This document shows, in pieces, positions 1 through 9,746 of a stretch of 64,000 bases of DNA. Under the pieces are notes generated by a model that was given only the letters and a program-made list of their open reading frames with translations, made no database searches and had not been told where the DNA came from. Both the position numbers and the translations under genes were made by a program. Location: NCBI GenBank assembly GCA_026770705.1, contig JANJGN010000018.1:40610001-40674000 (forward strand). The letters run 5' to 3'. Every line of letters begins with the position of its first letter. Position 1 is the stretch's first letter. This DNA comes from Isurus oxyrinchus. Its lineage: Eukaryota.

Positions 1-898
1 TCTACATATAAATCTCTTTATTGGTCCCTGATTGACCCTACCCCTCTTTTTATCAACCTTTTACTTCCTAAAACGAATGCACTACTGACCACTCGAAGAG
101 GAAAATGATTTCCAACAGCATTCATCAGCCTGTGACCAATGTTTGTCAAAAAAATCAACAATATGAACAAGAAACTAAATGGCCCCAAATGAAATAACTC
201 GAGAAGTAATGAGATTTATGATGATGACAAAGTGACATATAGGGCTTATTACTAAGATTATTGTCTGGAAAAGTTGCAGGTAATAGATCAAGAAACAAAC
301 AAAGAACACGGAACGGTGATGAGCAGAAGTGACATTAGATGCTGATACAATCTAACTGTACTGAGTGCACTGATCACTAGCCTCAACAGCAGTTAACACA
401 CAAATAAAAAGGGCATTTGTGTGTGGAGAGGTGAATTTCTCATTGTATTCTTCTGCAATCCAGGTGAGTTTCACACAAAAATTTTGCAAAAATAATTTAA
501 ACTATACGGTAGTTTCTCCACCACGAGAATACACACAACCCCTGAGTGTCTACATTCTTCAACGAGCCATTCAGATAATGACAGCACTTAGCTGCATAGG
601 AAAGCAACCACAGAAATCAGCGTGAGCTCCTCTCCTGGACGTTGCTCATGAGGCCTCTGGTTCAGTAGTGCTGGAGCAGTGCAGCCTCAAATTTCTTAAT
701 TGGTTGCTAGGAAAGGAAATTTCTATGGGCCCACTAATATTGCAACAATGATGACCTTTTTAGAGTTCAAAATTTGTTCAAATGAAATGTGTTCTCTTAG
801 TGTGCTGGAGTTTCTCTGTCATGTGGATGCAATTCCATGCACCATGTGAGTCAGTTCCATAGCACCAGCAGCAACAGTCAAATGACTGCATGCAAACT

Positions 899-2410
899 AT
901 CATTGCTGTTGTCAGTCCCTTCAGATGAAGATGATGTCTGCCAGCCTTCAAGATTTGTGTGTTCTCAGGTGACTCCAATCCTGGAGCCACAGGTCTTTGG
1001 GCAGAAAGGACAAGAGTTGCTCCAAGTAAAAAGAGTTTTCTTGAGCCAGGGTTCTGCTCTCTTTCCTTCCACTTTCATTGTTTTTCTGCAGCAGAGTTTA
1101 TGCAGCAGTTCCTGACTGTGTTGCAGCTTATTGGATGAGGCACCACAACACAGCACAATTAACGACAAATTCCTTCCGTGCACCAATGTCAATTTGTTCC
1201 CTTTTCAATAAAGCCTTCAGAGTGTCCTTAAAATGTTTTCTCTGCCTTCCTTGAAATTGGGTGGCATTTAAGTTTGAAAAGAGGATCTGCTTCAGATGCG
1301 GTGTCTGGGTGAGTGGAGCTGATTTCGCATGATTGTGGTTGCAATGCTGGAGGAATTGGCTTTGGTGAGAATGCCAGAGCTTGTTCATCTGTATAAAAAC
1401 AAAAAACTGCAGATGCTAGAAATCCAAAACAGAATTACCTGGAAAAACTCAGCAGGTCTGGCAGCATCGGCGGAGAAGAAAAGAAAAGAGTTTGAGTTCT
1501 GTTGAAGGGTCATGAGGACTCAAAACGTCAACTCTTATCTTCTCCGCCGATGCTGCCAGACCTGCTGAGTTTTTCCAGGTAATTCTGTTTTTGTTTTGTT
1601 CATCTGTATTCCCACTTGACTTTGAGTATTCTGCAGAGACACTGTTGGTGGGGATTCTCCAGTGATCAGAGACTTTGGAAGGTAGCCCAAGTCTCACTGC
1701 CATATAGAAAGTTGGTGACTAAAGCTTTTGCCCTCTTACGAAGATCTCTATTGTCAAAGACCCGCTTGTGCAATTTTTGGAAGGTGCAGCAGCACAGCCA
1801 ATTTGGTGCTGGATCTCCCCTTTGATGGTGACCTTTTGAGAAAGGTAGCTCCCAGGATCTGGGAAGTGTTCAAAACTTCTTAAATTCTCCCCATCAATAA
1901 CAACAGTTGGAGGTGTGGATGCTTGAATGGAGGAGGGCTGGTGGAGGATTTTGGTCTTGCTGATGTTGATTGAGGGATTAACCCTTTTGTATGCAGAGTT
2001 GAAGAGTTTGAGGATGGCCTGAACGTCGTTTGCAGTGTGGGCCACAACTCTGCAGTTGTTGGCATATTTTAAGTCAAGGCTCTCAGCTTGATGAGGTTGA
2101 AAAGCTTCTCATTGAATTGAAACTCATATTATGAGCGCCTGTGAAAATTGGTCATGAATGAGTTCCATGACCAGGCTGAGGTAAATAGTAAAGAGTTGGT
2201 GCAATAATACATCCTTCTTTGATGCCTGTCCATATGTGAAAGGACTTGGTCTCTAATCCATTGCAAAGGATGGTTGCTGTGATGCAATCATACAGAGTGG
2301 ATAGTAACAAATTTTGCTGGTCACCAATCTCTAGAGGACTTTCCAAAATGCTTCACAGGTGATGGAGTCAAAGGCCTTTAACTGATCAAGAAAGGCCATG
2401 TAGAGTTCTA
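899..2410 (-). mobile_element. RTE-clade LINE remnant (RT and 3' end)
   Basis: Degenerate minus-strand peptides GIKEGCIIAPTL, HTANDVQAILKLF...INISKTKILHQ, RQRKHFKDTLK; boundaries approximate. Confidence 0.7.
1395..1595. mobile_element. Fold-back (inverted) PLE pLTR insertion
   Basis: Two inverted pLTR 3' segments. TSD ttgttcatctgtat at 1381-1394 and 1596-1609; interrupts an RTE-like LINE remnant. Confidence 0.88.
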
Positions 2411-4934
2411 GTTATTCAAAATACTTGCGAACTAGATGTAAATGTTAACATTATGAAACCCATATGGTCTGTAAAGGTGGACTGAATATATTTGTGGCTG
2501 AAAAAAATGGCATATTAAACCACTTGATTTATATTAGAAATTTGTGGCAGAACTTGGTACAGCCATCATCAACAGCATGAAAAATAAGGGGCCTTAATAA
2601 CTCCTAACAAAGTAGGGGATTTTCAAATGACACTTTAAAAGTAATGCATTGAAAATATTCCCCTACACTTATTTTCTTTAAGACAGCATTGCTAATTGTC
2701 AGCTTTAAAGTATGTTTTAAACAATAGTCTTCTGCTCATCCCTTACAGTTTGGCAACATTTATATATATATTTTTAAAAAGGCAAAGAAAGCACTGCCTC
2801 TACCCAAGACCTTCCAGTTTGTATCTTGTGATAATGATAACTAGGGATGGTGCTTAACAAATGTCCATACCCAATTTAAGCAACACAGCTGAAAGAATTG
2901 TTCTTGTTGATTCAGTTTAACGTTTTTTGAACGTGTTAGTTTAAATCCTTTTGATGCAGATTTGGTATTATTACTGAGGGATTTGGTTGGGAGATTTACT
3001 GAGTCTTATAGCTGAATTAATACGTTTTGAGATAGATTTAACAATTCAAGACACTTCGGTGATGTTGCTGTTTGAACTGTGTATGATTATTTAGGTCAGA
3101 CATGGTGGTAACTCTTGCCAGTTAGTTTCCAGACATTAGGTCATCAGCATGATTACTGAAACAGAGACTCAAACAAGAAAACAAAGGAATAGGCAACGTA
3201 GCATAAGAAGGACGACAGTATTTTCCCATTCTTGCAGTCATTTTCTCCCCTGGTTTAAGGTACAGTAGTGGCTTGTTCTTTGGCATGGTTTTGTGGGAAT
3301 TGTTGTGGTGCCTGCATGCCATTGTCCTGTAATGGTCCTCAGCAGAGCAAGGGTTAACATGGGACTGGAGAATAGCACCACCCATGGTATGATGTATAGC
3401 GTTACATGGTAATGGACTGAGAGAACAGCTTACAGAGAACACTCTGGAAGCAGCTACCTGCATGATGAACAGCACCATGTATGACAGTAATCTGGGATCT
3501 GTCAATAGTTCAAGACTACCAATAAAGGGTTCATGTTTAAACATACAAGTCTCAAAATCTCATCAATGAGCCACAACAGCTGATCACCCATAGTACAACA
3601 TGGCTGGCAGTGGTAGGAGCGCCTAAAATATATACAGCAGCGGTAATATGAAAGGTGGCAGCATTTTAAGCAATGAATCCAGAACAATTTCCCAAGGTAA
3701 GCAAAACTAAAAACAACTGAAGGCGAACCAGAGAACCTAAGAAGAAAACTTGAAGAAACAATTGAAGAACCTTTGCTACAAACTTAGTAGTTGAGCAATC
3801 CACCGGGGTGAGTGGAAGCCTATTGCAAGACCCATGTGTAATGCAGAGGAAAAATGGAAAAACAACCAGGTCAACTCACAAAGGTGGGTGAGCAGAAATA
3901 CAAAAGTTGCAAGATCCTGAGCGATGCTGATTTAAGACACTTAGTTAGATCGCAAGATGGTGCACAATTCTACAAAAATTGCAAGACCCTGAGTGATGCA
4001 GTGTAAAGAACAGTTTCGAGACAGTGGGCAAAAATGATAAAAAGCTGTATTTACTCTATAGAATAGGTGGCAGTCCCAACGCTCAGCAAATCCATAGAGA
4101 AACTGAAAGACAGCTGCAGTAAAAAAAGGAAAAAGCCTGCAGAGTTTAGGAGAAAGGGAGACCTTTTCAGTTGGGGTCCTGGCTTCTTATATAGAAGAAA
4201 AAATTGCTGCAGTTTAAAATTTTTTTAAAAAGGCCCATGATCAGGGTGATCCCAAAAAAGTGTAAGAGAAACACACAGACAGAACTGATGGCTGCAGACA
4301 GCCCTCAGAGGAAAGAACCCCTTAGAAAAGATGTGCTTCTACCTTGAAAGTTTAGAAGTGTAAAAAAAGTCCCACAATTGCTGGAGAGCCTACCAAAACT
4401 GAAAAGGGCGCAGGAAACTCAAAGCACAGAAAGCTGACAGCCACAGAGTGAAAAAAACGGTTACTTCACTGACAGTCATAAAGCAGTAACGACATTTAAA
4501 GTGATAACTACAGGCCATGGACAGCAAATTAGAAGAGCCAGATGTATTTCTGCTATGGAAAGGGCTAAACCAGACCCAAAAATGGGCGTCTTGGAGAAGA
4601 TAATTTTTAGTGTATAGGAGAAGTACAAGATTAAATAAGGAATCAGAAAAAGTACAATTTGATGAGTTTTTATTCATGTTTGGTTTATTTGCTGGTGAAG
4701 TACTCTATAGCCAACATACAATACCCTTGGTGAGATATTAATATGCTTCAACAGATATTTTAAAGTCCAAGTTATGGAGAAGGTCTAACATACCACACAA
4801 CATTGAGGGCGACGAGACCCCTGAGAGAAGGCAGTTTCTAATAAAGCACCAAGGGCAACAAAACACCCCAGAGAGAGGGCAACTCCCGATAAAGGTGCTG
4901 AGTGCAGCAACAGGTTCAAGAGAAAGGGCAAAAA

Positions 4935-5078
4935 AGAAACCCTGGAGTGACAGAGCCAAAAGACCCCAGAATGAGTGCAACAAGAGACTCCAGAGGGAGG
5001 CCAACAAAAGACTCCAGAACGAGGGTGACAGACAACCCCAGAGAGAGGGAGCCAGAAGACCCCAGGGCAAGGGAGGGA
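4935..5078 (+). repeat. Six degenerate 24-nt tandem units inside the LTR element
   Basis: agaaaccctggagtgacagagcca, aaagaccccagaatgagtgcaaca, agagactccagagggaggccaaca, aaagactccagaacgagggtgaca, gacaaccccagagagagggagcca, gaagaccccagggcaagggaggga. Confidence 0.8.
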
Positions 5079-5149
5079 GACGGCAGTGTGGAGCGTGCAG
5101 ATGGATCTGTACGAAGGAAAGCTCAGAAGAAGCAAAAGGTGCCAAATGT

Positions 5150-5405
5150 AAATGAAGCTGTCCTACAGGAAAATGTTCACATCAGAGCAGAACTGGAAGA
5201 TTTGAAGTGCAAGATTCAAGCTGAGTATATACCTCTGAAAATGCATGATAAACCAAAGTCTTCAATGAACCAAGCTGTTGAGATCTGAACAAACAAATTT
5301 CAGAGATGACACAAAGGTATCAGAAGGAAATAATGATCCTCAATTCCACAGTTGGCAAATCAAAACAGGAGTTGGCAAAACTCAACCAGATGTACAGCCA
5401 GGCAG
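5150..5405 (+). pseudogene. Frameshifted coiled-coil gene fragment, RAI14/UACA/ANKRD24-like, inside the LTR element
   Basis: EAVLQENVHIRAELEDLKCKIQAEYIPLKMHDKPKSSMNQAV / DLNKQISEMTQRYQKEIMILNSTVGKSKQELAKLNQMYSQA with one frameshift near 5281. Resembles recalled ankycorbin/UACA coiled-coil motifs (AEYI.L..H; MN..IDELNKQVSELSQLY). Confidence 0.55.
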
Positions 5406-6296
5406 GTAGAAAAGGCACTCAAAGAGGTTGTAAGAACAGTCTAGAGAGAACACTCTGGAAGCAGCTACCTGCATGATGAATAGCATCATGCATGACAGTA
5501 ACCTGGGATCTGTAATTAGTTAAAGACTACCAATAAAGGGTTCATGTTTAAACAGACAAGTCTCAAGAACTCATCAAAGAGCCACAACAGTCGATCACCC
5601 ATAGTACAACAGGCATCAACCACTTCCCAAGTGGACATTACACCCGTGTGAGCTTAAACATGGAATAATTTATCTTTGAAGGTGTCACATGGGAACCTGA
5701 TCACAACCTCACCTGACATTCACGCTGTCATCAGGTGTCAGTAAACATCAGAAAGGAAGAGGGGCTGTAGTGCATTTTTACCTTGCCCAGCCCAGAAGTG
5801 AAGATATTTTAGCACATTGCTGTTGCTCTTACTAAGGCAATTTATTTGTTTCCCAGTTTAAAACAGCTTAGCTACCCAGATAATCTCAAAGAACTGGTTA
5901 TGAAATATTAAAGAGACTAGATTGTGTAGTGAACACTATTCCGTAGTGCTTCGAAAGAGAGCAGGACCTGCTACCAACTAGGGCAAAGATAACCATGTAA
6001 AAGAGGTAGCCCCTTATAATATAAATCAGAGTCAATGAGATCTCCTGAAGTAGTTTTAATTGCCTAAACAGGGTAGGAGAGGAGTTTTCCAGATTTTCCT
6101 ATCTAATGGCCTAGGTTTTTATTCTGGCAATGACTTGGCTCCAAGTGGGTAGAGGCTGTCTGTATCGTGATGCAAATCAGATCTATATAGGCCAGAGATA
6201 AAAACAAAGAAAACTGCGGATGCTGGAAATCCAAAACAAAAACAGAATTACCTGGAAAAACTCAGCAGGTCTGGCAGCATCGGCGGAGAAGAAAAG

Positions 6297-6333
6297 AGTT
6301 GACGTTTCGAGTCCTCGACCCTTCGACAGAACT
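6297..6333 (-). ncRNA. Hammerhead motif in 3' pLTR of the left arm (2-nt shorter loop II)
   Basis: Reverse complement reads agttctgtcgaagggtc-gag-gactcgaaacgtcaact. Confidence 0.65.
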
Positions 6334-6714
6334 TGATTTCGAGTCCAAGAAAGAGTTGAAATATAAGTTGGTTTAAGGTGTGTGGTGTGGGGGGGGCGGA
6401 GAGATAGAGAGAGAGAGAGGTGCTTGTGCAGACAAACAAGCAGTGATAGAAGTAGATCATCAAAAGATGTCAGCGACAATGGTACAAAAGAACACAGAGG
6501 TGTTAAAGTTAAAGTTGGTGATATTATCTAAACGAATGTGCTAATTAAGAATGGATGGTAGGGCACTCAAGGTACAGCTCTAGTGGGGGTGGGGGGAGCA
6601 TAAAAGATTTTAAAATATTTTAAAATAATGGAAATAGGTGGGAAAAGAAAAATCTATCAAATTTATAGGGGAAAAAGGGGGAAACAGAAAGGGGGTGGGG
6701 ATGGGGGAGGGAGC

Positions 6715-9471
6715 TCACGACCTAAAGTTGTTGAATTCAATATTCAGACCGGAAGGCTGTAAGGTGCCTAGTCGGAAGATGAGGTGTTGTTCCTCCAGTT
6801 TGCGTTGGGCTTCACTGGAACAATGCAGTAAGCCAAGGACAGACATGTGGGCAAGAGAGCAGGGTGGAGTGTTAAAATGGCAAGCGACAGGGAGGTTTGG
6901 GTCATTCTTGCGGACAGACCGCAGGTGTTCTGCAAAGCGGTCGCCCAGTTTACGTTTGGTCTCTCCAATGTAGAGGAGACCACATTGGGAGCAACAAATG
7001 CAGTAGACTAAGTTGGGGGAAATGCAAGAGAAATGCTGCTTCACTTGAAAGGAGTGTTTGGGCCCTTGGACGGTGAGGAGAGAGGAAGTGAAGGGGCAGG
7101 TGTTACATCTTTTGCGTGGGCATGGGGTGGTGCCATAGGAGGGGGTTGAGGAGTAGGGGGTGATGGAGGAGTGGACCAGGGTGTCCCGGAGGGAGCGATC
7201 CCTACGGAATGCCGATAAGGGGGGTGAAGGGAAGATGTGTTTGGTGGTGGCATCATGCTGGAGTTGGCGGAAATGGCGGAGGATGATCCTTTGAATGCGG
7301 AGGCTGGTGGGGTGATAAGTGAGGACAAGGGGGACCCTATCATGTTTCTGGGAGGGAGGAGAAGGCGTGAGGGTGGATGCGCGGGAGATGGGCCGGACAC
7401 GGTTGATGGCCCTGTCAACGACCGTGGGTGGAAAACCTCGGTTAAGGAAGAAGGAGGACATGTCAGAGGAACCGTTTTTGAAGGTAGCATCATCGGAACA
7501 GATGCGACGAAGGCGAAGGAACTGGGAGAATGGGATGGAGTCCTTACAGGAAGCGGGGTGTGAGGAGCTGTAGTCGAGGTAGCTGTGGGAGTTGGTGGGT
7601 TTGTAATGGATATTGGTGGACAGTCTATCACCAGAGATTGAGACAGAGAGGTCAAGGAAGGGAAGGGAAGTGTCAGAGATGGACCACGTGAAAATGAAGG
7701 AGGGGTGGAGATTGGAAGCAAAATTAATAAATTTTTCCAAGTCCCGACGAGAGCATGAAGTGGCACCGAAGTAATCATCGATGTACCGGAGAAAAAGTTG
7801 TGGAAGGGGGCCGGAGTAGGACTGCAACAAGGAATGTTCCACATACCCCATGAAGAGACAGGCATAGCTGGGGCCCATGCGGGTACCCATAGCCACACCT
7901 TTTATTTGGAGAAAGTGAGAGGAGTTGAAGGAGAAATTGTTCAACGTGAGAACAAGTTCAGCCAGACGGAGGAGAGTAGTGGTGGATGGGGATTGTTCGG
8001 GCCTCTGTTCGAGGAAGAAGCTAAGGGCCCTCAGACCATCCTGGTGGGGGATGGAGGTGTAGAGGGATTGGACGTCCATGGTGAAGAGGAAGCGGTTGGA
8101 GCCAGGGAACTGGAAATTGTTGATGTGACGTAAGGTGTCAGAGGAATCATGGATGTAGGTGGGAAGGGACTGGACAAGGGGAGAGAGAAGGGAGTCAAGA
8201 TAACGAGAAATGAGTTCTGTGGGGCAGGAGCAAGCTGAGATGATTGGTCTACCGGGGCAGTTCTGTTTGTGGATTTTGGGTAGGAGATAGAAGCGGGCCG
8301 TCCGAGGTTGGGCGGCTATCAGGTTGGAAGCTGTGGGAGGGAGATCCCCAGAGGAGATGAGGTCAGTGACAGTCCTGGAAACAATGGCTTGATGTTCAGT
8401 GGTGGGGTCATGGTCCAGGGAGAGGTAGGAGGAAGTGTCTGCGAGTTGACGCTCAGCCTCCGCGAGGTAGAGGTCAGTGCGCCAGACAACAACAGCACCA
8501 CCCTTGTCAGCGGGTTTGATGACAATGTCAGGGTTGGACCTGAGAGAATGGAGTGCAGTAAGTTCAGAGAGAGACAGGTTAGAATGGGTGAGAGGAGCAG
8601 AGAAATTGAGACGACTAATGTCGCGCCGACAGTTCTCAATGAAAAGATCAAGAGAAAGTAAGAATCCAGAGGGAGGGGTCCAGGTGGAGGGAGAATATTG
8701 GAGATGGGTAAAAGGATCGGTTGAACTGGGAGAGGACTCCTGCCCAAAGAAGTGAGCCCGGAGACGAAGACGGCGAAAGAAGAGTTCAGTATCATGCCGA
8801 GCCCGAAATTCATTGAGGTGAGGGCGTAAGGGTATGAAACTAAGTCCTTTGCTGAGCACTGAACGTTCAGCATCAGAGAGGGGAAGGTCAGGGGGTATAG
8901 TGAATACACGGCTGGGGCTGGGATTGGAAGATGAGGTGGGGACGGAGGGACAGGCTGGGGTGGAGGGTCCTAGATGGGTGTTGGTGTCGATGAGTTGTTG
9001 GAGCTTGCATTCCTTAGCAGTTGAGAGAAAGAGAAAAAGTTTCTTGTTGAGGCGTCGGATGAGCCGAAGGATAAAATGAAACTGGGGGCACGCGCAGCTT
9101 TGAAAAAGGGTACGGCGGTGCTGCTGGAGGGAGAGGTCGAGTGTGTTCATATGGCGGCGCATGGCACTGAGTGTGGATTTCAGAATGTGACGGGAACAGC
9201 AGTCTGAGAAACGTTTTATGTCCCGGAGATACCGGTAATCCTGGGTGCGTTCGAAAGATGAGGGGTGGAATTTCAGTTGAAATCCGCATGGGGTAAGTCG
9301 GAGACGGAGACAGTCACTGAGAAAGGAGATATGGCTGTGAAAGCGGGTTTTAGTAAACGCCTTGTCAAACACCAGGAGGGAAATGGAAAGCAAAGAAGGT
9401 GAACAAGGCAACAGAGAGATACGGAAATCTTGTCGCAGAGAGGAACAGAACTTCTTCAAGGAGGTAGGCAT
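6715..9471 (-). CDS. PLE polyprotein: reverse transcriptase + Cys linker + GIY-YIG endonuclease (intact, 918 aa from first ATG)
   Basis: Uninterrupted ORF with IKPADKGG, FYLLPKIHK, FTMDVQSLYT, GVAMGTRMGP, LRYIDD, FLDL, CPRKRCNTC linker, LVYC..C..C..LYIGET...R..EH and C-terminal GLN. The ORF-track start at 9495 is TTG. Confidence 0.93.
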   Translation of the reverse strand: MPTSLKKFCSSLRQDFRISLLPCSPSLLSISLLVFDKAFTKTRFHSHISFLSDCLRLRLTPCGFQLKFHPSSFERTQDYRYLRDIKRFSDCCSRHILKSTLSAMRRHMNTLDLSLQQHRRTLFQSCACPQFHFILRLIRRLNKKLFLFLSTAKECKLQQLIDTNTHLGPSTPACPSVPTSSSNPSPSRVFTIPPDLPLSDAERSVLSKGLSFIPLRPHLNEFRARHDTELFFRRLRLRAHFFGQESSPSSTDPFTHLQYSPSTWTPPSGFLLSLDLFIENCRRDISRLNFSAPLTHSNLSLSELTALHSLRSNPDIVIKPADKGGAVVVWRTDLYLAEAERQLADTSSYLSLDHDPTTEHQAIVSRTVTDLISSGDLPPTASNLIAAQPRTARFYLLPKIHKQNCPGRPIISACSCPTELISRYLDSLLSPLVQSLPTYIHDSSDTLRHINNFQFPGSNRFLFTMDVQSLYTSIPHQDGLRALSFFLEQRPEQSPSTTTLLRLAELVLTLNNFSFNSSHFLQIKGVAMGTRMGPSYACLFMGYVEHSLLQSYSGPLPQLFLRYIDDYFGATSCSRRDLEKFINFASNLHPSFIFTWSISDTSLPFLDLSVSISGDRLSTNIHYKPTNSHSYLDYSSSHPASCKDSIPFSQFLRLRRICSDDATFKNGSSDMSSFFLNRGFPPTVVDRAINRVRPISRASTLTPSPPSQKHDRVPLVLTYHPTSLRIQRIILRHFRQLQHDATTKHIFPSPPLSAFRRDRSLRDTLVHSSITPYSSTPSYGTTPCPRKRCNTCPFTSSLLTVQGPKHSFQVKQHFSCISPNLVYCICCSQCGLLYIGETKRKLGDRFAEHLRSVRKNDPNLPVACHFNTPPCSLAHMSVLGLLHCSSEAQRKLEEQHLIFRLGTLQPSGLNIEFNNFRS

Positions 9472-9572
9472 TTCTTGAAGAGCAGTGGCAGTCAATTAAA
9501 CACAGAGATAAAAACAAAGAACACACACCTTAAACCAACTTATATTTCAACTCTTTCTTGGACTCGAAATCA

Positions 9573-9611
9573 AGTTCTGTCGAAGGGTCATGAGGACTCG
9601 AAATGTCAACT
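9573..9611 (+). ncRNA. Hammerhead motif in 5' pLTR of the right arm (stem III C>T)
   Basis: Same motif but gaaaTgtc instead of gaaaCgtc, which breaks the ACGT palindrome. Confidence 0.6.
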
Positions 9612-9746
9612 CTTTTCTTCTCCGCCGATGCTGCCAGACCTGCTGAGTTTTTCCAGGTAATTCTGTTTTTGTTTTGGATTTCCAGCATCCGCAGTTTTCT
9701 TTGTTTTTATCTCTGTGTTTAATTGACTGCCACTGCTCTTCAAGAA

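Larger units (their letters stand above)
3328..5611 (+). mobile_element. Non-autonomous LTR retroelement (5' LTR 3328-3600, 3' LTR 5429-5611)
   Basis: Direct repeats begin tgtaa, end tagtacaaca and contain aataaa. The 5' LTR is immediately followed by tggctggcagtggtagga (resembles tRNA-Leu PBS TGGTGGCAGCGGTGGGA), and a short purine run aaagagg precedes the 3' LTR, which has an internal deletion. No gag/pol recognisable; no clear TSD. Confidence 0.78.

Noticed and set aside
3324-5615. TSD for the LTR element
   Set aside because: The flanks gtcc and ggca do not match convincingly, so no TSD is claimed.
6715-9471. RT ORF as telomerase or a domesticated host gene
   Set aside because: It is intronless, multi-copy, has a C-terminal GIY-YIG domain and pLTRs, and lies in an intron with a TSD.
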